Positions 1 through 9,282 are shown, counted from the stretch's first letter. The stretch is 64,000 nt of DNA from Candidatus Krumholzibacteriota bacterium (GCA_963727455.1 CAVSGG010000009.1:64001-128000); one strand, 5' to 3'. The notes: generated from the letters alone by a model not told the origin. Numbers and translations are program-made.

Positions 1-2192
1 GGTCCGCGCGAGTGAATCAGGCCAGCGTCGCCACCGCTCTGCAGCTCAGCCGTGAATCCAGTCAGAGTTTGCGGTCCCTGGGCTTCATTGAGAGCGAGCC
101 GGCTCTCCCGATAGCTCAGAAGCCGGCGCGTCTGGAGTCCGACACGAAGTCCGATTCCAGGATGGCGCATGTGGAAGCCCAGCTGCAGGCCCAGCCCCTG
201 CTCTTGAATCACCAATCGGTCCACGCGCGTCCCGCGCTGGTAGAGCCAGGGCCGGTCGCGCGCCCAGTCCAGGCTGGTCGTCAGGGAGAATTGTCCGCCG
301 GGAGGGATACCCTGCTGCAGACGGAACGAGCCCGCCGCCTTGCGTTCGCTGTAGCGATAGCTGAGAGCGGCCTCACCCCCGCCCAGCGGCAGACGCGCCT
401 GGTGGAGTCGGGCCAGGATGGCGGCGTCATCGTCGGTGATCACGTGGCCCGCGAGTTCCAGACGAGGCCTGTGGCGCAACTCGAGATGGGGCCGCAGCTG
501 CACCGCGGTGGGCGAGCTGTCAGGCGCGGCGGCAGACGCGGCGGCAGACGTGGTGCCCGGCGCAGCGCCCGGCGCGGCGGCAGGCGCGACGGCAGACGTG
601 GTGCCAGGCGCAGCGGCAGTCGCGGCGGACGCGTGGCCCCCAACGCGCTCGACATCGATCCAGGCGCTCTGGACCGCGGGACTGTGTTCGAGGGAGTTGA
701 AGCGCCGGTAGACTTCGCGCAGCGGCAATTCATCGCCCACTTCGATCCCCAGCCGGCGACGCAGTTCCGCCACGCCGATGCCATCACCATCTGCGAGCTC
801 CAGATCGTCCACTCGAATCCGCGGCCCCGTTTCGGCAATGCTTGGGCGCGATTCAACTCGCTGCGCGGGACCGACTTGCTGCTCGTCGTCAACTCGCTGC
901 GCGGCGCTGACTCGCTGCGCGGGACCGACTTGCTGCTCGTCGTCAACTCGCTGCGCGGCGCTGGTAGGGGAAGACTGGGAGTTGGCAGAATGCCGCGCCG
1001 GATTCCGCAGGCTGCGCAGGGTATCCCGGCGCTGCGCGGCGAAGTCGTACCCGGTGCGGACGATTTCCTCGATTCGTCCAAAGTTCAAGCTCCTGTAGTT
1101 CTGCAACGGAATGTGCAGAACGACTTCCCCCGGCGCCGGCTCCACCAGATTACTCGGGTACTCCTGCAGCTCCATCGTGCGAATCCACATCTGGTACAGA
1201 TCTCCCGGACTCTTTCGATCTGGCAGCTGAGTGTTGCTGACGTCGATCACGAGGGAGTGGCGAAAGCCCAGGGCGCGCGCGAGTTCCACCGGATTGTTGA
1301 TCCTGAACCCGCCATCGACGAGCTCGCGGCCCTTCATGTGGATCGGTGGCAAGAGCAAGGGAATCGTCCCGCTGGCCTGCACCGCGCGCGCCAGTGAACC
1401 GCTGCGCAGAACCACGATCTGTGCGCTATTCAAGTCCACCGCCACCGCACGGAAGGGAATGGGAAGCCGATCGAAATCGTTATCGGCATAGAGAAGAGCA
1501 TCCGCGCTGAGCGATCCAATGAGTTGGGTGATCTTCCGCCCTCCCGATAGATTCCGCGGGGGAAGCGGCGGGAGGCGATCGAGCAAGAGGCTGAGCTGCG
1601 CCTCGGGCAGCTCGCGCCATCCTCCTTGAAGCTGTGCGGGAGCGAGCCGAGCATCGCTGAACAGCGAAAACCAGTCCTGCGATCGCACCATTTCATCGAG
1701 CTGGTCCGCCGTGTAGCCACAGGCGTAGAGCGCCCCCAGTACCGCCCCCATGCTACAGCCAACGATGAGCCCGGGGCGCAGGCCTTCCTCCTCCAGCACC
1801 TGCAGGACCCCGATCTCGGCGAAGCCGCGTGCTCCTCCTCCACCCAGAACGAGCGCGAAGGAGGTCGTGTCCGCCCTCGTCCAGTCGTGGATGGCCGCGA
1901 TCTCCGCGTGGACGGAAGCCGGCCCCGGAGCGCACAGGAGTACGGGGGGGCTTGAATCTTCGGAGGTACTGGAGGCGGAGGGGGAACTGGAGGCGGAGGG
2001 GGTGCTGGAGGCGGAGGGGGTACTGGAGCTCTGGGCGGCCGCCGGCGCGGCATGAGCCGAGGGAGAGATCGCCGCGCTGAACAAGACCGAAAGACAGATC
2101 GTCACGCTGAACAAGACCGACCCCAAGATCCGGCCGCGCGAACGGCTCCCCGCTCGGCCGGCACTCCTGAGATCACAAACCAGTTCGGGCAT
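1..2192 (-). CDS. Patatin-like phospholipase with long C-terminal extension (PlpD-like, probably POTRA/outer-membrane barrel); runs off the left edge
   Basis: Absent from the ORF track because it is open-ended. Manual translation from ATG 2192 gives a signal-peptide-like N-terminus, then FALVLGGGGARG (about 1859-1824), GCSMG nucleophile elbow and LVDGG catalytic motif. The barrel is inferred from family architecture. Confidence 0.85.
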   Translation of the reverse strand, partial: MPELVCDLRSAGRAGSRSRGRILGSVLFSVTICLSVLFSAAISPSAHAAPAAAQSSSTPSASSTPSASSSPSASSTSEDSSPPVLLCAPGPASVHAEIAAIHDWTRADTTSFALVLGGGGARGFAEIGVLQVLEEEGLRPGLIVGCSMGAVLGALYACGYTADQLDEMVRSQDWFSLFSDARLAPAQLQGGWRELPEAQLSLLLDRLPPLPPRNLSGGRKITQLIGSLSADALLYADNDFDRLPIPFRAVAVDLNSAQIVVLRSGSLARAVQASGTIPLLLPPIHMKGRELVDGGFRINNPVELARALGFRHSLVIDVSNTQLPDRKSPGDLYQMWIRTMELQEYPSNLVEPAPGEVVLHIPLQNYRSLNFGRIEEIVRTGYDFAAQRRDTLRSLRNPARHSANSQSSPTSAAQRVDDEQQVGPAQRVSAAQRVDDEQQVGPAQRVESRPSIAETGPRIRVDDLELADGDGIGVAELRRRLGIEVGDELPLREVYRRFNSLEHSPAVQSAWIDVERVGGHASAATAAAPGTTSAVAPAAAPGAAPGTTSAAASAAAPDSSPTAVQLRPHLELRHRPRLELAGHVITDDDAAILARLHQARLPLGGGEAALSYRYSERKAAGSFRLQQGIPPGGQFSLTTSLDWARDRPWLYQRGTRVDRLVIQEQGLGLQLGFHMRHPGIGLRVGLQTRRLLSYRESRLALNEAQGPQTLTGFTAELQSGGDAGLIHSRG
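856..964. repeat. 54-bp in-frame tandem duplication inside the patatin gene
   Basis: ACTCGCTGCGCGGGACCGACTTGCTGCTCGTCGTCAACTCGCTGCGCGGCGCTG occurs twice; encodes AAQRVDDEQQVGPAQRV x2 in the patatin frame. Confidence 0.9.
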
Positions 2193-2200
2193 TCGGTGCC

Positions 2201-3039
2201 TTAGGCCGGTCCTTGTCGGAGCAAGCGCTCGAGACGCCGGCGGATTTGCTCGGCGTCACTCGCCTCGGGCCGCATGGTGAGGTAATCTTCCAGGTCGGCA
2301 ATGGCGGCCATGCGCAGACCGCTCAGGCCGTACAGGATGCCCGATCCCGCCGCTCCTCGGCCGACTCGGGATGGAGCAGGACGATGCGCTCCACCACCGA
2401 GAGGGTGCGCGAGACATCGCGGCGGCGCGCGTAGAGCAGCTTCAAGTTGGAGAGCAGACGAATCATGACGCGGCGCGAACTCATGCGTCGCAGATGTTGT
2501 TCCTCCAGGATCACATCCTTGGAGCGCGCCCGCTGCCTGAGTCTTCCCTGCAACTCTTGCCGCAGGAGCACGCGACCTTTGTGAAATGGATCCAGATACA
2601 AACTGCCGCCATCCGGATCGTCGTGCGCCAGGAGAAAATGACCGGGAAAGTCGACTCCTGAAAGGATGACTCCCGTCGCGCGCCGCAGAACTTCCATGGT
2701 CAAGATGCCCAGGCTGATGGGAATGCCCTTCCGGCGGGAGAGCACCTTGTTCAGCATGGAGTTGTCCGGGTCGTCGTAGTGAGCCGCGTTGCCCGAAAAT
2801 CCCATCTCCACGAAAAGGAGTTGCTTGAGCGCATAGGCGATGTTGTGGAAACCCGAGCCGGCGTCGACGTGACAAGCGAGTTTGTCGGCGATGCGCTCGA
2901 CCTGATCGACGCACTCCTCGACAGAGAACTCCGGATACTCCTCTTGCGCGATCAGAAGAGAAGCTACGAGGAGATCGATTTCCGCTTCGTCACTCTTCAC
3001 CAGAGCGGTGAAGCGCTCCCGCGCGTGACTCTTGTACAT
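2201..3039 (-). CDS. SirB1/YchA-like transglutaminase-like + TPR protein, frameshifted near 2340
   Basis: Motifs GFSGNAAHYDDPDNSMLNKVLSRRKGIPISL and GVDFPGHFLL. The C-terminus GILYG...AIADLEDYL...PEASDAEQIR is in another frame; one extra G in GATCGGGCATC (minus strand) restores ERRDRGILY. Confidence 0.85.
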
Positions 3040-3130
3040 GACGACCTCATGGCTCGGGGTCCTCAATCAATCATATACTGCCCACGCCCCCCTGACGACC
3101 CCGACTTGGGCCGAAAGGCGGAAGGCGTGC

Positions 3131-3159
3131 TTGCCGCCGCCGCAAACCCCCTCTAGGAT
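3131..3159 (+). promoter_or_regulatory. sigma70-like promoter, probably giving a leaderless mRNA
   Basis: TTGCCG-N17-TAGGAT with ATG 7 nt downstream and no SD. Confidence 0.5.
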
Positions 3160-3166
3160 TGCGACT

Positions 3167-4993
3167 ATGGGAATTCGCTACGTAGATGGGAAGCGTTTTC
3201 GACGCGCGGTGATCGCGGGCGCCGAATGGGTGCGCCACATGCGCGAGCACCTCAACAAGATCAACGTCTTCCCCGTTCCCGACGGCGACACGGGCACGAA
3301 CATGGCCCTCAGCCTGTCCGCTTCGGCGGAAGCGGCCCAAAAGAGCGAGGACGACGATATCGCGCAGGCTTCGCAGGACATCGCCGAAGCCAGCATTCTC
3401 GGCGCGAAGGGCAACAGCGGCCTGATCATGGCCCACTGGTTCCTGGGATTTTCCAAAGCCCTCGGCAAGAAGGCACGGATCGGAGCCGAGGATCTGGCGC
3501 AAGCCTTGGGACGCGCCACCCTTCAGGTGTACGAAGCCATCGACAAGCCCAAGGAGGGAACGATCCTCACCGTGATGCGCGAGGGCAGCGACGCGGCGGC
3601 GCGCGCGGCCGAGAAGGGGCAGGACGTGGGCGGGATCATGGACGAATTCCTCGATGCCGCCCGTGCCGCTTTGAAACGAACCCCCGAAATGCTCGCCATC
3701 CTGAAGGAATCGAAAGTGGTGGATGCCGGCGGCCAGGGCTTCGTGCACTTCGTCGAAGGGGTCAAGCGCACTCTGGAAGGTGCGCCGCCACCGGTCGCGC
3801 GCGAGGAAGATCTGCACGCCGACACGGCGCACCTCGCGATCAGCGAGGGGGATTTGGACGGGCGCTACTGCACCGAGGTCGTGGTGCGGGGACGAAACTT
3901 CGATCCGAACTTGCTGAAGGCGCGCTTCCGCCATCTCGGATCGTCGATGCTCCTGGCGACGACCGGCGAAGTGTTCAAACTCCACATTCACACCGATCAT
4001 CCCGACGAGGTCTTCCACCTGGCACAGCGTTGGGGCAGCATCGAGGAACGCAAGGTCGACGACATGCTGCGCCAGAACGAGGAGCGGCAAACCCGCAAGC
4101 AGGAGCCACTGGTCCCCCTCGCTCAGCAACCCGCGAGCGTGGCCATCCTCTGCGATTCCACTTGTGATCTGGATGCCGAAACGCGGCGTATGCACGGAAT
4201 CGAGATGGCGCCGCTCTCGATTCTCTTCGGCGATGATGTCTACCGGGATCAGGTCGATCTGAGCACGGAACAGTTCTACCAGCAGTTGCAATCAAATCCA
4301 CACCATCCCACCACCAGTCAACCGCCACCGCGCGAGTTCGTGGACGCTCTAGAACGCGTCCGCAATGACCGTGAAGTCATCATCATCACCCTGGCCAAGA
4401 AGCTCTCGGGAACCTATCGCTCCGCGCTGAGTGCGGCCAAACTGGTGGATCATCCGCGGGTGGAGGTCTTCGACTCCAATTCCGCCAGCGTCACCCTTGG
4501 CATGCAGGTGATTTGCGCGGCGCGCCTCGCGCAGAAGGGGGCGAGCGTCGACGAGATTCTGGGCTGGCTGAAGCGATGGCGCGATCGCGGCGGGATTCTC
4601 TTTACCGTAGCCACCCTCGACTACCTCAAGCGGGGCGGCCGGATCGGCACCGCCGCGCATTTGATCGGCAGCCTCTTGCGCATGCGGCCCGTGCTCACCT
4701 TCGTCAACGGAGAGGTAAAGCCTCTCACCAAAGCGCGCGGCGACGACGAGGCCTTCGAGAAAGTACTGAGTTCGTTCAATGAAATCGTTCCCGCCGGCAA
4801 GAAGGTGCGGCTGGGAATCCTGGATTCGACGGGAAGTTCCCGGCTGGAGCAGGCAGAAGATCGAGTTCGCGGGCGCAACGAAGTCATCGAGATCTTCCGC
4901 GGAAACATTACCGGCGTCGTCGGTACGCACGTGGGGCCGGGCGCCTGGGGACTGTTCTATCAAATCGTGGAGGAGGATGATCCATTGCTTTAG
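3167..4993 (+). CDS. DAK2 (FakA-like) + DegV (FakB-like) fusion fatty acid kinase
   Basis: LNKINVFPVPDGDTGTNM, GAKGNSG, VVDAGGQG, YCTE..HIHTD..KVDDM, followed by DegV motifs DSTCD, PTTSQP, LSGTY, YLKRGGRIG, THVGPG. Confidence 0.92.
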   Translation: MGIRYVDGKRFRRAVIAGAEWVRHMREHLNKINVFPVPDGDTGTNMALSLSASAEAAQKSEDDDIAQASQDIAEASILGAKGNSGLIMAHWFLGFSKALGKKARIGAEDLAQALGRATLQVYEAIDKPKEGTILTVMREGSDAAARAAEKGQDVGGIMDEFLDAARAALKRTPEMLAILKESKVVDAGGQGFVHFVEGVKRTLEGAPPPVAREEDLHADTAHLAISEGDLDGRYCTEVVVRGRNFDPNLLKARFRHLGSSMLLATTGEVFKLHIHTDHPDEVFHLAQRWGSIEERKVDDMLRQNEERQTRKQEPLVPLAQQPASVAILCDSTCDLDAETRRMHGIEMAPLSILFGDDVYRDQVDLSTEQFYQQLQSNPHHPTTSQPPPREFVDALERVRNDREVIIITLAKKLSGTYRSALSAAKLVDHPRVEVFDSNSASVTLGMQVICAARLAQKGASVDEILGWLKRWRDRGGILFTVATLDYLKRGGRIGTAAHLIGSLLRMRPVLTFVNGEVKPLTKARGDDEAFEKVLSSFNEIVPAGKKVRLGILDSTGSSRLEQAEDRVRGRNEVIEIFRGNITGVVGTHVGPGAWGLFYQIVEEDDPLL

Positions 4994-5096
4994 ACTCGCC
5001 GAGACTGACCGGGCTCCCAGCTAGAGCTTGCGGTATCTCGCCGCGCCCGTGGCGTGGAGAATTCGCAAGGCACTCTGACGCAGGGAGTCTCTCGGG

Positions 5097-5573
5097 ATGA
5101 AACGAAGTCGTGCACCGGTCCCTCTTTGTCTCCGCATTATCCGCATTATCCGCATTCTCTGTATTCTCTGTATTCTCTGTATTCTCTCTCCCCTTCCCAC
5201 TTTCAGTACACCCACTGCCGGGGCCGGCCAAGATCTGCATGACATCGTCCTCGAGCGCGGCCAGGCACTCCATGCCATCGTCCTCGAGCCCGAGCTCGTC
5301 ATAGAAAGCGATGAGGACGAAAGTGAATTCCTGATCGGCCGCGTGAGCAGCGTGGTCGTGGACTCTCACGGGACGATCTACGTCGGAGACAGCCAACTGG
5401 TCTCGGTTCTGAAGTTCTCTGATTCAGGGGAGTATCTGGGAAAATTCGGCTCGGAGGGGCCGGGCCCCGGGGAAATCATGAAGCATTTCACGATGGGGAT
5501 CGATGACGATGATCGCCTGGCCTTCGCCGGGGTGGGCGGGAGGATCACCCGCTACCGCATGCGCCTCGAGTAG
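5097..5573 (+). pseudogene. Secreted 6-bladed beta-propeller/NHL-repeat protein, apparently truncated
   Basis: Signal peptide, then VVVDSHGTIYVGDSQ...KFSDSGEYLGKFGSEGPGPGE; stops after about 2 blades (158 aa), just before the HNH locus. Confidence 0.6.
5132..5186. repeat. 9-bp microsatellite in signal-peptide codons
   Basis: CCGCATTAT x2, then CCGCATTCT and CTGTATTCT x3, encoding IIRIIRILCILCILCIL. Confidence 0.85.
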
Positions 5574-5685
5574 AGAGCCAGGGAACACTGGCGCAGAACT
5601 GCAACAAGTTGTTTGTCTGGACGACCGCAAGGCAACCCTTCTCCTGTCCTACGGTGCAAGTTCTGCCCGCGCGGGCGGCCCGTTT

Positions 5686-5700
5686 TCTACCCGGGTACAC
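5686..5700. repeat. Palindromic motif copy downstream of the HNH gene
   Basis: TCTACCCGGGTACAC, identical to copies at 7402-7416 and 7526-7540. Confidence 0.9.
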
Positions 5701-5725
5701 AGTGCGCGTCATCTTCCTCGGGACC

Positions 5726-5809
5726 TCTCCCCTCTCGTGACTCTTCCCCTCCCGTGACCCTTCCCCACTCGTGTTTCCTCCTCTCTCGAGTCATCTCCCC
5801 TTTCGTGTC
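5726..5809. repeat. Degenerate 16-17-bp tandem repeat x5 overlapping the HNH stop codon
   Basis: Units tctcccctctcgtgac / tcttcccctcccgtgac / ccttccccactcgtgtt / tcctcctctctcgagtc / atctcccctttcgtgtc. Confidence 0.75.
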
Positions 5810-7182
5810 ACCGGCTGGAGAAGCTCCCGCTGCTTCGCATCGCTCAGCGCATGCAGGGCACGATGACACGCGGCACACAGGGTGATCAGATTTGCGAGCT
5901 CGTGCTTTCCCCCGTCTTTTCTGGCAACGATGTGATGGACTGCCAGGAACTGCCGGTGTCCGCATCCCGGCATCCGGCAGCGATGTCGGTCGCGTTCCAG
6001 CGCCTTCCTTCGCAGGCGCGGGGGGAGACTCGAACGCGTACGCTGACCGGAGCGCTTCAGCTTCGCGTCGCAGAGCGCAGCTTCCAGTGTTCCACGGTCG
6101 ATGGACTGATCACCTCGGCTGGTTGCGACCGTCGCTGACGCGCAGCGCGGGCAATGCTGGATGTGGACCTGATACGGCGACGCCGCCACGCGGCTCGTAG
6201 TCGTGGTCGCGATCGCATGGCGCCCTTGCGGCCGCCCACGCCGGTCGTTCGTCCTCTCCGCCGTCTCCGAATCCTCCAGCAGACACTCGAGAGCCGCGAG
6301 CAGCAATTCGCCTTTCGCCTCGCGGTGACCACGCCGGCGCAGCTGCGCCAACAGCGCCTCGTAGCGAGCAAGCTGCTCGGCCGTGAGAGTGATGCTGAGA
6401 CTGAGGGGAATCTCCGCGGAGCGCTCTCGCGCAGCCTGTACTTCCTGCGCTGACTGTTCCTCCTGCGCTGACTGTTCCTCCTGCGCGGAATTTCCCATCT
6501 GCTTGGACTTGCCCAGCTTGGCGGATTGTCCCTCTTGGCCCGGCCGCGTCTTCGAGGCTGCCTCGTCCTTGTCCTTGTCCTTGTCCTTCTCCTTGTCCTT
6601 GGCCTTCTCCACCAGACCGGCCGAAGACCCCAGGGCCAACTGACCAACCGGAATCGTGCGTGCGGCGCGAATCCGCCGCCTGGTGCGGTCGATCTCGCGT
6701 TCCAGCTCGCGCCGACTCGAAGTCTGCGCCCTCTGCAGCCACTCTTTCTGAGTCTTCGTGGTGGCGACGCTCGCCACCGCTCGCGCCTTGGTCCAACCCA
6801 AATCGCCTGAGGCCACTGCTTTGCGCACGGCCGGCAGATTCTTCAGGCGCTCTGCCAACTTCAGAAATTGATACGAGCGGGCCCGTGAAAATCCGAGCGC
6901 CTCTGACGCATACAGGTGAATGCTGCCGTAGCCGAGCTTGGCATAGAGTCGACGCCGGTGGAGTTCAGCAAACCAGAGCACCACGCAGCGTTCGGCGGAA
7001 CGCCAATTCTGCACTGCGCTCTTGAGTTCGCGATCGACCTGCGCCGCGCTGAGACCGGGACGGAAGGCGTGCGGATTGGAATCGGCACCCTCGCCCCGGA
7101 CAGTCCCACAGGACCGCCTCGCCCTGGAAGCCTCCCCGCGGGCGCGCGGGCTGGCGCTGGATCGGGACAAATTGGCTGACAT
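5791..7182 (-). CDS. HNH endonuclease with DUF222/ParB-HTH-like N-terminal domain
   Basis: C-terminal RDRHRCRMPGC...VHHIVARKDGGKHELANLITLCAACHRALH; extra HCPRC; helical N-terminal YASEALGFSRARSYQFLKLAERLKNLPAVRKAVASGDLGWTKARAVA; strong SD (AGGAGG) before ATG. Confidence 0.9.
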   Translation of the reverse strand: MSANLSRSSASPRARGEASRARRSCGTVRGEGADSNPHAFRPGLSAAQVDRELKSAVQNWRSAERCVVLWFAELHRRRLYAKLGYGSIHLYASEALGFSRARSYQFLKLAERLKNLPAVRKAVASGDLGWTKARAVASVATTKTQKEWLQRAQTSSRRELEREIDRTRRRIRAARTIPVGQLALGSSAGLVEKAKDKEKDKDKDKDEAASKTRPGQEGQSAKLGKSKQMGNSAQEEQSAQEEQSAQEVQAARERSAEIPLSLSITLTAEQLARYEALLAQLRRRGHREAKGELLLAALECLLEDSETAERTNDRRGRPQGRHAIATTTTSRVAASPYQVHIQHCPRCASATVATSRGDQSIDRGTLEAALCDAKLKRSGQRTRSSLPPRLRRKALERDRHRCRMPGCGHRQFLAVHHIVARKDGGKHELANLITLCAACHRALHALSDAKQRELLQPVTRKGR

Positions 7183-7250
7183 GATGACCTCCTCCTACCG
7201 CGCGATTGGCGGTGGGACCGGGACCTGATCAATGGGAGGCTAATACAAAC

Positions 7251-7279
7251 ATAGTAGTGGTCTTATTGGGGGCACGCAA
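7251..7279 (-). promoter_or_regulatory. sigma70-like promoter of the HNH gene
   Basis: Minus strand TTGCGT-N17-TACTAT within an AT-rich island (about 7230-7375). Confidence 0.65.
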
Positions 7280-7401
7280 GAGGGTCATTCCATATTTATG
7301 AGCTGTTTTGCCGGATTACTGTGCTTTTGCACCAATTCGGTAAAATTCGTATGCGCTTAATTTTCGTATCTCTTGTGCGGACCATCGCCACGCGCTGAGA
7401 G

Positions 7402-7540
7402 TCTACCCGGGTACACGGCGGCGAGCCCCACAAGGCCGCGCGTGGCCAGAAAATTCTCCCCGGGTACAACTGTTGAATGCCGTCCCGCGGCCAGCGCCGG
7501 CCAGCGCAGCGTGCCGCGGGAAAAGTCTACCCGGGTACAC
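7402..7540. repeat. Three spaced copies of the palindromic motif upstream of the HNH gene
   Basis: TCTACCCGGGTACAC 7402-7416, TCTCCCCGGGTACAA 7455-7469, TCTACCCGGGTACAC 7526-7540; unrelated spacers of 38 and 56 bp. Confidence 0.9.
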
Positions 7541-7834
7541 AACACGCGCCGCCGCAGAGCGCGGCCGCGGACCGAAACCACGGCCGCCCGCGAAGCGAAG
7601 CTACAAGCAGGAGCGAAGCCACGAGCGGGCGCGGAGCCAAGAGGCAGCGGTTCCAGATCATAGCCGTGGCAGAGACTGTCCGAAACGAACCAGCCTTCAG
7701 GCTCAAGCTCGCAGCTGCGAAGTGGAGCTGGCCGGCGAATCGGGACTCGTGCATTATCCGAATGGGAACGTCGCTCCGCAGGCGCGAGCAAAGCGGCCCT
7801 GGCGGTTCCATAACGCTGTACGAGAGGACTTGGC

Positions 7835-9147
7835 ATGAGCAAATCCGAGAGCGGCGGTCTCGGCTTTTTTGAACTCGCCTCGATTGGCGTGGGCGGCATG
7901 GTTGGCGGCGGGATCTTTGCCGTCCTCGGTCTGTCCGTCAAGTTGACCGGAGGCGGAGCGCCCCTGGCCTTTGCCATCGCGGGAATCGTGGCGCTTCTCA
8001 CTTCCTACTCCTACGCGCGACTTTCCGTCCACCTTCCCAGTCAGGGTGGAACGGTGACCTTCTTGGATCACGCCTTCGGTTCGGGGCTTTTGACCGGCGG
8101 CGCCAACATCCTGCTCTGGATGAGCTACATCGTCATGCTCTCCCTGTACGCCTACGCCTTCGGCAGCTATGGAGCATCTTTTTTCCGGAAGCGACGCGCG
8201 CTCTCTGGAAGCACGTCCTGATCACCTCCAGCGTGCTCGGGATCACCGGACTGAATCTCCTGAAGGCCAAACTGATCGGCGAGGCCGAAGACTGGATCGT
8301 CCTGTTCAAACTCCTGATCCTCGCCCTCTTCATCGCAGTAGGGATTTGGGGTGTCGATGGCGCGCGACTGGCACCCTCCGCGTGGGCCTCCCCCATGAGC
8401 CTCGTGGCGGGTGGAATGATCATCTTCCTCGCCTACGAGGGCTTCGAACTGATCGCCAACGCTGCTGAAGATGTGCGGGATGCGCGCAAGACCCTACCGC
8501 GCGCGTTCTACGCCAGCGTCGGCTTCGTGATCGTGCTCTACGTGCTCGTGGCCATCGTCACGGTCGGCTCGCTCCCGGTGGCCAAGATCGTGGGCGCCGA
8601 GGATTACGCTCTCGCCGAGGCGGCGCGACCCTCTCTGGGGCAGGCCGGGTTCCTCCTGATCGCCATCGCCGCCATGCTCTCCACTGCCTCGGCCATCAAT
8701 GCCACGGTCTACGGGGCCGCCCGGCTGAGCTACGTCATCGCGAAGGACGGCGAACTACCGAAGGCTCTGGAGAAGAAGGCGTGGGGCAGGCCGCTCGAGG
8801 GCCTCCTCATCACCTCCGGCCTCACGGTTTTGGTCGCCAACCTGGCGGACCTGTCGAGCATGTCGACCATCGGCAGCGCCGGCTTCCTCCTGATCTTCGC
8901 GGCGGTCAATCTGGCGAACGTGAAATTGGCCTCCACGACCCAGAGTCGCCGGGCAATTTCTCTGACGGGGGCCGTATTCTGTTTGGCCGCGCTGGGCTGT
9001 TTGATCTGGCACACCGCGAGCAGCGCTCCCCAGGAGCTATGGTTTCTGGTGCTGATGGTCAGCGTGGCGTTCTTCGTCGAGGTCGCCTTCCGCGTCGTTT
9101 CCGGGCGCAGAATGCATCTGCGCAAGAAGAAGCACGACGCGGCTTGA
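7835..9147 (+). CDS. APC family amino acid permease, frameshifted near 8185
   Basis: GVGGMVGGGIF in the first ORF; IFLAYEGFELIAN in the second. One added base in TCTTTTTTCCGG gives SFFPEATRALWKHVLI. Confidence 0.88.
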
Positions 9148-9161
9148 GCTTTTCCTTGCGG

Positions 9162-9243
9162 CTCTACCTTGCTCGGCTCGAGGCTCCCTTCGCGCCTCTA
9201 CCTTGCTCGGCTCAAGGCTCCCTTCGCGCCTCTCGCTTGCTCG
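9162..9243. repeat. 34-bp tandem repeat x2 plus partial third copy
   Basis: CTCTACCTTGCTCGGCTCRAGGCTCCCTTCGCGC at 9162 and 9196. Confidence 0.9.
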
Positions 9244-9282
9244 AATTTCGATCCGATCCGTATTCTGCATTGGGAGTCGCTC

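Noticed and set aside
12-1397. 461-aa plus-strand ORF
   Set aside because: Antisense shadow of the patatin gene, which has clear catalytic motifs on the minus strand.
7402-7540. Canonical CRISPR array
   Set aside because: Repeats are only 15-16 bp, spacers are unequal (38/56 bp), there are three copies and no cas genes.
7357-8001. Several overlapping ORFs across the repeat region
   Set aside because: R/A/P-rich with no motifs or SD, and overlapping the permease; likely spurious.
8170-8200. Programmed ribosomal frameshift in the APC permease
   Set aside because: No precedent for this family that I know of; a homopolymer indel error is more parsimonious given three similar cases.
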